A stretch of DNA of 64,000 nucleotides from assembly GCF_006345805.1 (NCBI RefSeq), contig NC_042999.1, forward strand, positions 92,752,001 to 92,816,000, in the 5' to 3' direction. The position numbers and the translations under genes are program-made. Within the stretch, counting starts at the first letter, position 1; each line of letters opens with the position of its first letter. The notes beneath the pieces were generated by a model. The model searched no databases, was not told the origin of the DNA, and was given only the letters and a program-made list of their open reading frames with translations. This document shows, one piece after another, positions 12,349-26,159 of the stretch. The DNA is from Octopus sinensis (lineage: Eukaryota).

Positions 12349-13835
12349 TTAAGTTTGCAGAACTTCTTGATAAACAACATTTTTGGTCTTTCCTTGTGGG
12401 GCATAAACCACCAAATGATTAAGATCGCCGACTCTTGAACCCCCCACATAAAAGTTGGCCATGGGAGAAAACTGGTTCTGTAAGTTTCAGACCTACCACG
12501 TTTAAGGACTTCGCCTGAGTCTTGTTAATTCTCATTGCAAAGCTCAGTTTCAACGGGTATTGCAGGCGCTGGCATTGAAAAGGCATATCTGAGGGAATAA
12601 GTGGAATTCTAGGAATGAATACAGGCTCACCGATTACTTTACCAGTCAAAATTGTTGTCTCCAAGAGTGTTCGCATCAAATTCTTTATTATAAGTTGTGT
12701 GCCATGGTGGATCGAGTTTTCGAATCAGCATAGTTGGTGCCCCAACCTTGAGGTGCAAGTTGTGAAGGTGGGTGGTCAATTGGTGTTAGATTATTCAAGA
12801 ATTCAACTGGATAATCCACAGCTTCATCGATGTTGAGTACAGCGTCAATGGAATTGTAGATGTGATGCTCACCTGGCAACTGTTCCAGAAGTTTAAAGTT
12901 CAAATCATCAACTTCCACATTCTTTGGAGTTAAATGGCACAGTTTTTCAGCCAGTTGTGGTCTGTAATCTGATTCCTCAGATACCATATGTCCAAAAGGC
13001 CAGCTTATCCGGCTATTCTTCTTACCAACCGGAGTGCCATTACCGACGTCTAACAGTTGCAAAGAAAAGATTATGTCCGCATCATTACCACTGACTTGCA
13101 CTCTCATGCTGGTTGTGAGTCTTAGCTTTTGCACACTGCTCCATAGGTAGGACGACTTTATACTGGTATTTACTTCATCAGCTCTTGTCTCCTTAGGAAT
13201 CACGGGAAGGGTTTATCGAAAGTCTCTTACAAGTAAGACTGTGGCATCGCCCATGAGCCTGGTGCTGTGTTTCAGATCCTGAAGGGCTATGTCAAGAGCT
13301 TCAAAGGAAGCCCTATGGCACATTGTCGCTTCATTCCAGTTGATCAACCTGCATTCACCCAGAAGTTTGCCTTTTATAGAACTGATGTTGCAGTTTGACT
13401 TCTCTTTGTTGGACAGGTCCAAAGGGAGTTTGAAACAAGAATGAGCTGAACGGCCACCATTTAGCACAGTTGTAGCTATTCCACCCGACGTCACTACTAT
13501 GGCGACGTGCTTTATTTGGCACAGGTTAGCCAGAAGAAGGTTTATGACAAATGTTTTGCTAGTTCCACCTGTAGTATCCAGAAAGAAAATACTTTCCTTT
13601 CATTTTCAATGCTCGACATAATGGTGTTATGAACACCCAGTTGGTCCTCCTTCGGTTTCTGTTCATCATCAGCTATATACGCCGTCGTTTCCTCAATGTC
13701 ATAGCTGATTCCTCGCAGGTACTCAATTGCGAGATTTTCTGCTGCCTTGACCTCCCATAGCTTGCACTCGAGTGTCCAGGTCAAGTAATGCCTCGTTGCA
13801 AATGGCGTCGTTGAACGTGGCAATTTCTTCTGAGG
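12349..13835 (-). pseudogene. Helitron RepHel PIF1-type SF1 helicase remnant
   Basis: FLDTTGGTSKTF (Walker A), SGGIAT.VLNGGRSAHS.FKLP, WNEATM, DFR*TLPVIP, QYPLKLSFAM.INKTQ, VFSHGQL, TKNVVYQEVL; multiple frameshifts. Confidence 0.9.
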
Positions 13836-13894
13836 TTTGTCCCCCCCCACTAGCACCGCTGGTGGAGGGACAAACACAGACGCAACTACACACA

Positions 13895-13928
<34 letters not shown>

Positions 13929-14075
13929 CTACACATATATTCGATGGGCTTCTTTCAGTTTCCGTCAAACCAAATCCACTCACAAACCTTTGGTCGGTCC
14001 GAAGCTATAGCAGTAGACACTTGCCCAATGTGTCATTGAACCCCGAACCAAGTGGTTAGGAAGCAATCTTCTTAC
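13836..14075 (-). mobile_element. SINE family A, partial
   Basis: GGGCTTCTTTCAGTTTCCGTC..AGACACTTGCCCAA; truncates the Helitron. Confidence 0.85.
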
Positions 14076-14665
14076 AAAACAATTCTTTAGCATTACTTTA
14101 TATAATTAGTCTTGAATTATACATTTCTTCTATCATATATTACCATTTAACTGTATAGATAACCACTATTTCTTTCATCTAAACCTGCTTATAATATTTT
14201 TAACACCTTTAATTGAATTCACTCTCAAACTGTTTCTTTTATCTTTTCATCCTTCGATGTTGCTTTTATCTTGCTTTTTTTTCTGTTCTTTCTTATCATT
14301 ACATTTTACTTTGAACCAAATCCGAAAATACCCTTCCCACGCATATCTAAATACTGCTTTACTTCATCGATGTATAAATGAATTAAGGCTCAGCTTCATA
14401 AATTAATCTTATCAACTGATACACAGTAGCTTTTTCTTTCCTCTCTAGCCCTTTACCCTCTCTTCTATTTTCATGTAAGTGGATGATCTCCAATACACAA
14501 CTACAGGGCTCTTTTTGCCAAAATTTCCGTAAATATTCAAGCTTCAACGTATTAATTTATTGGTTTAGTTATAAAGAAATGACTATGGATTACACACAAT
14601 ACGGCTTAATACGGTATAACATATGTGTATCTTGATATAATCAACATTGTCAAAGGATTTGCTTT

Positions 14666-14869
14666 TTTACTCTTTTGCTTGTTTCAGTCATTTGATTGTG
14701 GCCATGCTGGAGCACCGCCTTTAGTCGAGCAAATCAACTCCAGGACTTATTCTTTGTAAGCCTAATACATATTCTATCGGTCTGCTTTGCAGAACCGCTA
14801 AGTTACGGGGACGTAAACACACCAGCATCGTTTGTCAAACGATGTTGGGGGTAGAAACTCAGACACACA

Positions 14870-14902
<33 letters not shown>

Positions 14903-15118
14903 ATATATATATATATTATATATATATATTTATACATACATATATACGACGGGCTTCTTTCAGTTTCCGTCTACCAAATCCACTCATAAGGCTTTGGTCG
15001 GCCCGAGGCTATAGTAGAAGTAGTAGAAGACACTTGCCCAAGGTACCACGCAGTGGGACTGAACCCGGAACCATGTGGTTGGTAAGCAAGCTACTTACCA
15101 CACAGCCACTCATACGCC
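14666..15118 (-). mobile_element. SINE family A, full length
   Basis: tRNA head, ACCTTGGGCAAGTG CORE-like motif, internal microsatellite, tail GACTGAAACAAGCAAAAGAG. Confidence 0.92.
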
Positions 15119-15964
15119 TATTATTTAGCTCATATGTGATACCAGTAACCCAATTCTTTTATTTCTTATGCTATACACTGAAAACGTCCTCAATTTTCAG
15201 TTTGCATGATTTCGTAGTAAATAAGTAGAATTTAATACTTTAGGTTTAAAATAATGGATGGTTGTGGTTTTCATCACTTTTTGCAATTATCTTTAAAAAA
15301 AATACGAATTTGTTATTCATTTATTCCAGAAAAAATTGCAAAAATATTACAGGTGTCAAAAGTTTGATAATTTTCAGAATTTTCAGCCAATCAGAAAACA
15401 GCGCGTTCGCTGCGTCTTCCATCATCAGGGGTGGGGGCAACATCAGCATGTCAAAACAATGCTACTCCCCTTGAACACTCACACGCATACACACATGCAC
15501 AGAGTTGAAGTGCTGATTTTTCTTTTCAGCGTTGAATGTTCACCATTCCACTTCCATTGCATACACATACGCACACACGCAATACACACATAAACTTTCA
15601 GATACCTCCCTTTTACACACACACACACACATACTCACACGGAGTTGAAACGCTCCCACCACCAGTTTGCCATCACCCCTTCCTTATTAATCTATCACCC
15701 CTTCCTTTCTCATTCATATGTTGTGACGGAGAAAAACACAAGAGTATTATTATAGTGAGAAGATTATCCCATACCTCCTTCTCCTCCATGTGCGCATGCG
15801 CAGCATCTTTGGTTACTATGGAAACAGAGCTTTTCGCCAAGGTGATGTGTAAGGCTAAAATACCCAAATTTTGAAAATTTTAAAGACTAACAAAATTTTA
15901 GTATGGATTTATAGGAAAAATGAATTTCACTTTCATAATTATCATACAAAAGTTAATAAAATTA

Positions 15965-16510
15965 AAAATAAGAATGGTAATAACAGGACAACGCGCTCTG
16001 TTTCTTTCCCCCTATTCCTTCCACCCTCTTTAATCCCTTCTCTCTCTCTCTTTCTTTCTCTCTCTCTCTACTCTCACGTGACCTGCTGATCAACTAGCCA
16101 TTCCGCTGGTGACCGCTGCCGGTTCAACATTGTCTTCGTCCGCCAAAAAGGCATTTTTTCAAAACACGCCTGCTAGATAAGTTAAATTTGTCTAAAGTCG
16201 TAAGACACCTGCTGTTGTCCTGTTATTACCATTCTTGTTTTTATTTTTTTTTTGTTTTTTGTATTTATATTCGTGTGGCTTCGTCTGTTTTTCTGTCCTT
16301 GTTTCGTTTACATTCGATCCTTTTTCCAAGAAATCTAATGCTCGCAGCTTAGTTTTTCATTGGGGCTGGCCGTTTCGGAGCAATATCAGGATTAATCAGC
16401 CGAAATTTGCTATGATGATCCGGTTCCTGACTGAAGATTAAAGGCTTCGAATGACCCGTCCGTTTTTTGTGTCGTCTCTTTGTGTATTTCACGTTCTTGT
16501 CCCTTTTTAT
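15965..16510. mobile_element. Unclassified repeat with a 23-bp inverted copy (possibly PLE pLTR-derived)
   Basis: AAGAATGGTAATAACAGGACAAC (about 15970) is inverted at about 16214-16236; U-rich segment ends at (TA)n. Confidence 0.4.
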
Positions 16511-16524
16511 ATATATATACATAT

Positions 16525-16676
16525 ATACGACGGGATTCTTTCGGTTTCCGTCTACCAAATCCATTTACAAGGCTTTGGTCGGCCCTAGGTTGTAGTAGAA
16601 GACACTTGCCCAAGTTGCCACGCTGTGGAACTGAACTCGGAACCATGTGGTTGGTATGCAAGCTACTTACCACACA
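16525..16676 (-). mobile_element. SINE family A, 5' half
   Basis: Homologous to 14945-15110. Confidence 0.88.
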
Positions 16677-17398
16677 AATGTAAATATTTCCATTTACATT
16701 TTTGTTTTTCAGAATAAACAGCAGTCTGCCACTGACCATTAGGAGATTGTAGGGTATCAAATTTCTTTCCTGACTGTCGCTCGTGATGAGAGCTAACAAT
16801 GGCTTAAGACTGGTGATTTAAAATAAAAGATCAAATTGTATACAAAATTGTCACATTCACCAAATTCTTTCCCTTTTATGTTGTTTCTTTTTCTTCGGTA
16901 GTTGATTTGTTTCCGCTCTGAAGAATATTTTTGGCAGTGGTTCCCTATGTTTTCGGTCGATCAACTGACCAATTGAACGCAAACAAACGCATAACTAAAA
17001 GGGTTATAAGCCTATAATACTAGAAATACAACCCATTATTTCTGTCTACTATATATATGAGTGTGTGTCTGTATGTGTGCGTGCCTGCGTGTGTGTGTGT
17101 GTGCGCGCGTGCTCGCGCGCGAATGTGTGTTTGTGTGTAGTTTTGTGTGCATATGTGTGTATGTGTGTGCGCATGTATGTATGTTTGTATGTATGTACAT
17201 ATGCACTTTGTATGCTGCAGTAGAACTCTCGATAGACGGTCTGACACGTGGGGACCAAATACTCGATGCACAATACCACATCACCGGGTGTGACGCTCGT
17301 TGCAGGTCTTGAGATCGCTCATCGCCTTCCATGCACGTTCTCCAGCTTTTGAGGCGCGTGTCCCACTCGTATAAGAAATTTATATATTTATATATGTA

Positions 17399-18502
17399 CA
17401 CAAACATGTAGGAAGTAAATAGACACCTTTAACTTCGACACGCAACAATCGAACAATTCACCTTTAGATTAAGGTTTCTGTCGAGTTTTTCGTATAGCTC
17501 TATCTAGTATGCTCCAAAGATTTTCAATTGGGTTCATGTCAGGAGATTGGCTCGGCCAAGGAAGCTTTTTGATCCCATTTTCAGTCAACCAGTGTTGACC
17601 TTTTCGCTGTGTGGTATGGAGCCCCATCTTCCATGAATAAAAACTCATTTTTCGTTATGTTATCGTGTCACTACATCGGAAGTAGCCCTTGCTTAATTAT
17701 TTCGATGTATATTTCAGAGTTTATGGTTCCAACACATTCGATCATCTCAGAATGACCATTGCTGGTGACAGCTCCCCATACCATTACAGAGATACCGCCA
17801 TGTTTCACAGTTGGTTGGAGTCATTTCAAATCAAATTCTTGATTGGGAAGCCTCCAGACCCAAACATGCCCACTGTCTAAAAATAATGCAAATCTGGATT
17901 CATCTGAGAAAATCACTCTATCCCAAATTGAACTGGATTTTTCTAACATCTCCTCCGCCCATTTCTTTCTCTTTTCATGTTACTAAATGGAGGAAGGAGA
18001 GTCTTTCTTCTAGTTATTCGTCCATAATACCCAAGATTATGCAGATATGTAACACACGTTCTTGGACTAACTTCGAGCTGTTTGCAATGTCAGAAGCCAT
18101 CGAACAGGGTTCGTTTTCCAAAATTCTCTTCAAACAGCGAAGCTTGCTTTCCTAGGGCCCAGGTCGGCCGGGACGAGAATCTGGTGATTATTTTCGTTGG
18201 TTTTTGAATTGCACTATAAATTTATTAACAGTAGCAAGAGGAATTTGAAGATTTTCGGCAATTTTTCGCTGGCTAAGACCAGCCTCAGATTGTCCAACAA
18301 TATGACCCCTTTGAAAATCTGACATTTCTGCTGAATTTTTTGTGCGTGGCATGGTTACTCTTCGCAAATCTTTAATATAATGGCACCTGGATTGGAAAAG
18401 AATAATTACGTTGTAAATTCTACAATGCTGAAAACATATTAAGAGGCTTAGATCAAAAAGTTTGAAAATTGAAGGTATATATTTACTTCCAGCATGTCTG
18501 TG
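17399..18502 (-). mobile_element. Tc1 (DD34E-type) DNA transposon, decayed, with TIRs and TA flanks
   Basis: Imperfect TIRs CACA(A/G)ACATG..GGAAGTAAATA.A.ACCT; transposase from ATG 18352: MPR..SDFQRGHIVG..GLSQRKIAENL (HTH), RPGRP, VIFSDESRF, FMEDGAPYH, WPSQSPDMNPIENLW. Confidence 0.92.
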
Positions 18503-18894
18503 TATATAATGATAATATATGCTGACACACATGTGTATATATACACACACATACATACACGCACACACACATGCATACATACACGCACACATACAACCAC
18601 AAACACACGCGCGCGCACACGCACGTATGCTTACAAACATGAAACGAGACGTAATCCAAAGTGTTAATTGCATGTATAAGAACATATGAACAGCATAACC
18701 AAATACAAATATGTCAAATACCATGGAATTTATCAAAGTTATTATTATTTGATTTGATTTATTAAAATTATTGCTGCTTCTAGATAATGTATCACAATTA
18801 CCAAATAACAATGTAAGGTGGAGAGACTCTCAAAAGTTAAGCATTCACCAAAGCTGATTTGGCTCAAAGGGAAAAGATATTTTCTGAAGGTATT

Positions 18895-19070
18895 AGGAAT
18901 GTCGTGACACGTGTTTCTGCCCCTGTAGGTGTGATCAGCATATCCGTTGTTCTACTTAATTCAGGAGTCAAGCGACTTAAACACATGATTATATAAGTTT
19001 TTAAAAATGAACCTATTTATGTCCTAGTTAATTTGCATACTTTAAAGAAAATTTTAGACGTCAGAATTTT
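18895..19070 (-). mobile_element. Very old PLE 3' end with decayed hammerhead-like motif
   Basis: YIIMCLSRLTPELS resembles a PLE endonuclease C-terminus; followed by CTGATCA..GAAACACGTGTC. Confidence 0.35.
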
Positions 19071-20783
19071 GAATCGAACACCTTGCGGTTTTTGTACTGA
19101 CTCTTTATGCTGAGTTCAGACACCAACGAAATCAACTTCAGGTTCATATTTTCGGGAACGAGAAATAAGTACAAATCCAGGGCAGTTGTTCGCGAAATTG
19201 TTAGCGGATCAGCTAAAGTTAAATGAGTAGAAGGTAGTTGGATGGAACTGAATTAGGTGAAGACACAGTATCGCGCTAAATCATATCCAGCATTCTAACA
19301 CCGAATAAAGAACTAAATCATTTAATTCTGCTCTCAAAGCTTCAGCAGTCCTTAAGATACGTTTTACATGAAAGTTAAAATAACTGATACTAATGTAGGG
19401 ATAAGGTCATGACTTTTGAGAATGTTAGGTGATGCCATCGACCCCACTACTTGACTGGTATCTAATTCTATCGACCATGGATGGATGACCGTCAAAATTG
19501 ATTTTAACGTAATTAAACGTAAGATCTGGAACTAACACTGCGACTTATCCTTCTGACAGCTCTAATAATACTACCATAAAAGTTATGATGATAGTGACTA
19601 AGTTTCTATGTAGTCACTCGATGTGCTAGAAATAGCAAACAAATTTTTAAATTCCGCTATAATCTTTTAAAAAAATGAGGGAAGACACATTGATTAACAT
19701 ATTCGGGAGTACATTATGCACAGTTTTATCTTAATCCCATTTTTTCTTGAATATGTTATCGCTGGAATTAAATAATGCAATATTATCGATAGTAAAATTA
19801 GACAAGCGTTCTTCATGCTTATTTAAACTAGTTATATTTAGTTATTCGGTAAACTAATATATCTATACTATAGTGATATCGCTCACATCCATCTCAAATA
19901 ATATGATGATATCGCTCAGATTTATCCCCAAATAAATAAGATACACTTCAAAATTATTGCCAAATACATTTTAAAATTGTAATGCGAATACGATAAAGAT
20001 ATGAAGAATTGAGAATTCTGTTTTATTTAGGTTCACATCGAAACGTATTTATGTCCGATTCTTCATATGTTTAATATGAATAAAATATTTTATTACTGTC
20101 TGGTCCTTGCCCCAATGTTATATCGCCATTACAAAAGTACAGAGGACTATACTGTTTGGTGTCTTCTCGCTATACTTATTGATTTCTTTTTGCGTTATTA
20201 ATCTTTACAATTAAATGTCGAAGAACAAAATCAATAAGGATAGCGACAAGACACAAAACTTCAGTCCTGAGTGTGTGTGTTTTGCCATGGAAGTAAAATA
20301 TTTTAGCAGCAATCGAGGTATTAGCTGTAGACTTGAGAACAAAAAGAAAACAAGGAAAAAAGAAAAAAAAACCTTAAGAAGCACCATCTGTTAACGTTCC
20401 AAAAGGGAAAAGAGTGTAAAGTCATAGAAGAAAGTGAGAGAGAGAAAGACCGAATAAAAACAAAAAAGGGAAAAGCGAGAAGGAGAGACAAAGACACAGA
20501 GAAATAATTTATTTATAAAATGAATGGTCTTTTTTTGCCTCCTGGTTCTTATATTATTTACTTCGACATCTCATGTATTATATTTTGATATTGTATATAT
20601 TAGCACTGTCATATTTACTTAACATCAATCGATATTTCGGTCTCATATTTATTGTGATCAGATATTTCTTTCGATATCCTATTTATTACACAAGAATGGT
20701 ATTCTATCACTGCACTTCCGTTCGTATTCAATTGTATTTCAGAAAGAACTCGATTACAAATAGAGTTATGCTAACATCGGCAC

Positions 20784-20785
<2 letters not shown>

Positions 20786-20839
<54 letters not shown>

Positions 20840-20954
20840 GTAGTAGTAGTAGTAGTAGTAATGGTAGTAGTAGTAGTAGATATACAGAACTATCGTCATC
20901 ATCAACAAACATCAACTACAACAACAAAAATAATGACTACTACTAACAACTCCT

Positions 20955-20997
<43 letters not shown>

Positions 20998-21022
20998 GAT
21001 GATGATGATGATGATGATGACG
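20786..21022. repeat. (ATT)/(GTA)/(ACT)/(GAT) compound microsatellite
   Basis: Direct repeats; explains ORF 20573-21037. Confidence 0.95.
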
Positions 21023-21479
21023 ACATGGGGACAGTGAAGAGGATACAAATATCAACTCCGTGGCTTTACATAGAAATGAATGATAAAAAATAATTTCATC
21101 CTGAAATGTAAATGTACATGATATGCAATATATAACTTATACCAACATACATACATACAAAGTTATATATGGATATACACATCTATATCTATAATATACA
21201 TATTTATATGTGTATATACATATGCCCTCTCTCTCTCTCTCTCTCTTGCTCTCTGTCTCTCAAATATATATACACACATGCACATGCACACACACATATA
21301 AAATGTGCGATGGGAAAATGGTCGCCATTTTTCTTTTTTTATTTCGCACATGGGTATTGTTTGCTTTTGATTTTGTCGACTACACAGTATATTAGGGTCA
21401 GTTGGGCACCGTCTGTAAGAAAAACAGTACCATGATACAATTCACTCTACCATGATACAATTCACTCTACCAGAAATTT

Positions 21480-21900
21480 GGTAACGACATGCTGTACTGC
21501 TTGGCATTCGTGTCGGAGGCTCTAATATAAACATTTCAGATTCGTTGAGTGCCAATCTGAGGACAGTGCTATGTGAGGACATATACCGAGAGTGATAAAA
21601 ATCAAACATCCAGTCAACATCATGGATGTTTGGAGTGAATACTAGTGATTGTGACGTTATGCCTCAATTCATCTTCGCACAAGGCCTCACACTCAACACG
21701 GAGACCTACATCAAGTGCCTGGAGGAGGTAGCGCTGCCCTCGGTCAAGAGGGTGGCTGCTGGAAGACCTTATGTCTGGCAACAGGACTCTGCATCATGCC
21801 ACACAAGCAGAAGAACCCAATTTGGCTGTTAGGCAATTTCTGCGACCACAGCATCCCTAACATCTGACCACCTAACTCCCCAGACTGCAACCTCATTTTG
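21480..21900 (+). mobile_element. Tc1/mariner transposase fragment, maT (DD37D)-like
   Basis: KHPVNIM.FGV.TS..DVMP.FIF..GLTLNTE.YIKCLEEV.LP..KRVAAGRPYVWQQDSA.CHTSRRTQ, PPNSPDCN. DD37D assignment is inference. Confidence 0.8.
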
Positions 21901-21959
21901 CAGTTGAGTGAGAGAGCAACACACCTCGCACCTAATCAGAGATTAGCATTAGGTCTGAG

Positions 21960-22515
21960 AGAGTTCGGTTGATGCAGTGGACAGCGCTGTCACCCGACCT
22001 AAATCCCAACAAAGATCTTTGGGGAAGGTTGGATAGAGATGTGCAAAGTAGTAAGCCAAAGAATAAGGATGATTTTAAAAGAATTATTAGCTAAAATTGG
22101 GAAAACATCTCAGGAACAGTGATAAATGATTTGAACAATTCTATGTTTCCCAGATGCAAAGCTGTATTATGTAATTTTGGATACCCAACCAAATGCAGAT
22201 TGTGTGAGCGTATTGTTTTTTTGTTTTTTTGTTGATCTCAGCATAAACATTTTAAAGCAAAAAAAAAAAAATTATGAAAGTTTACAAATTGTTCTTAAAT
22301 TAAATGGTGCTATAAATTACGATAATTAAGGTTTATTTTTAATTCAAAATTAATATGATGCTAGGCTGTAAAGTTGTATACTATATATGTAATTTTCTCG
22401 TGAAATTTTCTTTATTTTGATATACATCTTAATTAATAATTTACAACTTGAATATATAAAAAATGCCATTTTAACATTAGTATACTAGGCGTTTTTAAAT
22501 TAAATGGCGCCACTG
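21960..22515 (+). mobile_element. Tc1 transposase C-terminus and right IR/DR-type TIR
   Basis: W.ALSPDLNP.KDLWG.LDR..P.NKDDF, SMF.RCKAVL..GYPTK; TAAATTAAATGG(T/C)GC repeated at about 22296 and 22496; ends CACTG|TA. Confidence 0.8.
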
Positions 22516-22619
22516 TATGTGTTCCATCATGACCGTCGTCTCTTCACTGAAACAAGTAAAAGACTAAAAGAATTTATATACATAAAATGATGTATTATAG
22601 ATATAATGATGATACTATT

Positions 22620-24330
22620 CTGCTGATGTAGTAAGTTACCTAGAGTTAATCAAGGATCTTCTTCTTTCTCATCCATCCAAGACTTGCCTGAATACCAAGG
22701 ACTGGTGTTCGGTCTAGTTTTCGTACACTGTTTTTCAGGCTTAGAGCAGTCGAAGCCTCTCTTACAATTTTCGCTGCTTTCACCCATATTTCAACAAATT
22801 CACCCGGGAAATCACCTCGTTCTTCAGGTCACATACCTTTTTAAATGAGCTTTAAATGAGTCGGTGAGGGCACTTTTACAGAGAAAATTCCCTGTCCATA
22901 TACTTTCCAGCCGATGAGGCTGAAAGGTATAAGGACAGTGTATAAAAACAGTCTCACGCACTATTGTAACAAGACCGAAGAAAATTACTTTCCTACACAG
23001 TTAAAAATGGGTATCATGGAAATCATCATCTTGGACTATGCTGGTAACCAGATCTGTTCTACAAGCAACAGGAAATTGGCAGCATAATTTCACAAATTAG
23101 CATTGCATGATATTTAGTGCTCGCATGAGTAACACCTTCCTATTTGCCTACTACAACATTTCTTACGTTTCCCTTTCCTTCATATAAATGAAGTCGCGGA
23201 TTCATTAGAGACTTTTCAGGTGTTGTAACATTTCCACCTCTATTTTAATCATTGACCGGTTATCCTGAATAATTGATCATATGGTAATTATTTTAGTAAA
23301 CTCTTCCAATATTATGCTGAAAGATTTAATATTCAATGTAGGCAGCACATTTGCGACTGTTATCTTATTTACAAGTTTCACTCAAAATGTCGGTATTAAT
23401 AAATATTCCTCCGAAGAGCTCGTTTTATCAGTTATTTTCTTAGCCTCCTCTTCACTCAGACATGTAACTACCATCGCTCTATACGCTTTGCCTTTCCACG
23501 TATGCTATATCGGACCCCAAGTTTTTTTCAAGTATTTCGCCGCCTGTACCGAGTGAAATTGTTAACTTTTCTTATTAGTTTCTCTGAGTGGAGGCGCAAT
23601 GGCCAGTGGTTAGGGCAGCGGACTCGCGGTCGTAGGATCGTGGTTTCGATTCCCAGACCGGGCGTTGTGAGTGTTTATTGAGCGAAAACATCTAAAAGCT
23701 CCACGAGGCTCCGGCAGGGATGGTGGTGATCCCTGCTGTACTCTTTCACCACAACTTTCTCTCACTCTTACTTCCTGTTTCTGTTGTACCTGTATTTCAA
23801 ACGGCTGGCCTTGTCACTCTCTGTGTCACGCTGAATATCTCCGAGAACTACGTTAAGGGTACACGTGTCTGTGGAGTGCTCAGCCACTTACACGTTAATT
23901 TCACGAGCAGGCTGTTCCGTTGATCGGATCAACCGGAACCCTCGTCGTCGTAACCGACGGAGTGCTTCCAGCCACTTTCTCTGAAATATCTTGAATTGTG
24001 GGTCCTTCTTCCAATAATTTCTTTCATGAGGTATTTTCAGAAAATTTGGTTTTAAAAGATAGTATCATTTTCTTTTACTGAAATCAATGTCAAGTTTGGT
24101 TCAACCCACCGCTTCCGTTAAACCTTTCTGAAAATGGCATGCATCAGTTATGTTGCTATTGTAAATGCTGGTGGCAGATTCACAATCACTGTCTTCGGTG
24201 TTGTTAACATTCCAACAATTTTCAATTTTGCTTTCGCTCTCCTTTTTTTCAATGTTGTTGTTGTTGTTCTTGTTCTCAAACTCTACAGTTGTGCTATCAG
24301 TGGAGGTGCTGTCAGTTGTGCTATGGGCTA
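22620..24330 (-). mobile_element. Old L1/Tx1-like LINE ORF1 region
   Basis: WKGKAYRAMVVTCLSEEEAKKI..YLLIPTF..KITVANV.P resembles an RRM-type ORF1; 5' end abuts (AAT)n. Inference. Confidence 0.4.
23588..23975 (+). mobile_element. tRNA-derived SINE, family D, full length with 9-bp TSD
   Basis: A box TGGCCAGTGG, B box GTTTCGATTCCC; TSD TTTCTCTGA at 23579-23587 and 23976-23984. Confidence 0.9.
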
Positions 24331-24341
24331 ATATAATAATG

Positions 24342-24389
<48 letters not shown>

Positions 24390-24709
24390 TAATAATAATA
24401 ATAATGTTGATAATAATTGCCCTTATGCAGTACCAAACAGTGGCTCTCATGGCTTCTCATCTTCACTGGCTGAAAGTGTTATCATGTACATTGTTTTGTC
24501 TTGGTGTAAAAGATGGTCTATAGCAAATATTTTGCTCAACACCACAGATCTTTTTGTCAGTTGCTTGACCATAACCAGTTGAGCATGTTCCTTTTCTTTC
24601 AAACTGCAGCCTGTTGTCTGTGAAAAATATACTGTAGTCCGACATCATCCTCAAAAGATTGTATCATCATATCTGAAGTGCTTTTGGACAGTGAAAGCGC
24701 CTATCTAGT

Positions 24710-24832
24710 TTATCGACCTAGCTTAGGTTAAAAAGCAAAGTCGACCTCGGACGAATAAATAACATAAGGAAGGACGAAATGCCGCTAAGCATTTTGTCCG
24801 ATGTGCTAACGATTCTACTAGCTCGCCACCTT
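24710..24832 (-). mobile_element. SINE family B, 5' half
   Basis: AAAGTCGACCTCGG..GGACGAAATGCCGCTAAGCATTTTGTCC..GCTCGCCACCTT. Confidence 0.8.
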
Positions 24833-25212
24833 AGAGGTCATTGATATTGAGATGAAGATTTAATTGGTATATCGTTATCACCTCGAAATAAACATTGAAC
24901 ATTATAATACAACCCCCCAGCCAAAAAAAATGCAAAAAGAAAAAAAAAGAAACGAAAAGTTTGAATGGTCAGAATATTAGAATTCATTTAACCATGTGTC
25001 TCCTCCAGCAAGACTGACCTCAATTGAATTTAATAACAGACATTCACACAAAAAAGCGAGCACACAAAAGAGGAATACACACGCACATACACATATAGAC
25101 ATAGAATGATGAACAGAAATACACACATGCAAACGACAAACAGATATATAATATGCATAACTTTATAGTCGCTTAATAACTGAAATGATATTACAATTTT
25201 ACTGTCAGATTA

Positions 25213-25269
<57 letters not shown>

Positions 25270-25286
25270 GTCTATCTGTCTATCTG

Positions 25287-25331
<45 letters not shown>

Positions 25332-25949
25332 ATTTATGACAAGACATCGCAAATATATTACTTCTTCACTATGGGAGTTAGATTTACAGAATATTTTGAA
25401 AACATTCTCTGAAAATGTCTGATCTGTTAATTACATCTTATTACTTCTTACACAGTGGGGGATTGTGTTTCTTTTAGCTAGTGTTAATTCAGTGAATTTC
25501 TCCAACTCACAACGACTAACTATATCTTGAGAGTTTCTGTTCCTGGAAAACATATACACCGAGCTAAATTTGGCGCTCCAAGTCATTTGTAATGCTAGTC
25601 AATTTGTTTTGCCAGCGACTTATATGTGTGGGTATGTATCTATTGTATGTATGTTTCTGTGTATGCATGCATTTATGTATATGTTTGCATATCTATCTAC
25701 CTGTACGGCTGTGTGTGTGTCTTGGTGGGACCACGACGAGGTCTTTGAAACTACAAAAGAAAAATATGTATCAGTACATGTCACAGTACTTGTAAGGACT
25801 ATATGTGTGCGCGCGCTACTTCAATAGATATAATATAACAATATAATATAAAATATGATAATATTATTATGTGAGCGTATAAATAAATATATATATGTAT
25901 GTATGTATATATATAAATGTATACGTATATGAGTATATATACACACACA

Positions 25950-26051
<102 letters not shown>

Positions 26052-26159
26052 AAATCGATTCCCAAAGCTGGGTATCCACAGTGAATGATGGTGATACTCA
26101 AATTAATGAAGCGTGTGTAGGTGCAAGTGAAGAACGATGTAAATAACTATATATATATA

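Larger units (their letters stand above)
11509..13835 (-). mobile_element. Helitron, 3' part (PIF1 helicase remnant, 3' hairpin terminus)
   Basis: PIF1 helicase motifs; 3' end CCGGGGAAATACCGGG hairpin followed by TACGTCAG-CAAG|T (decayed CTAG|T). Confidence 0.9.

Noticed and set aside
14100-14560. IDEVKQYLDMR..IFGF on the minus strand, reminiscent of Helitron Rep
   Set aside because: A single short motif with no supporting HUH or Tyr motifs; cannot be assigned by eye.
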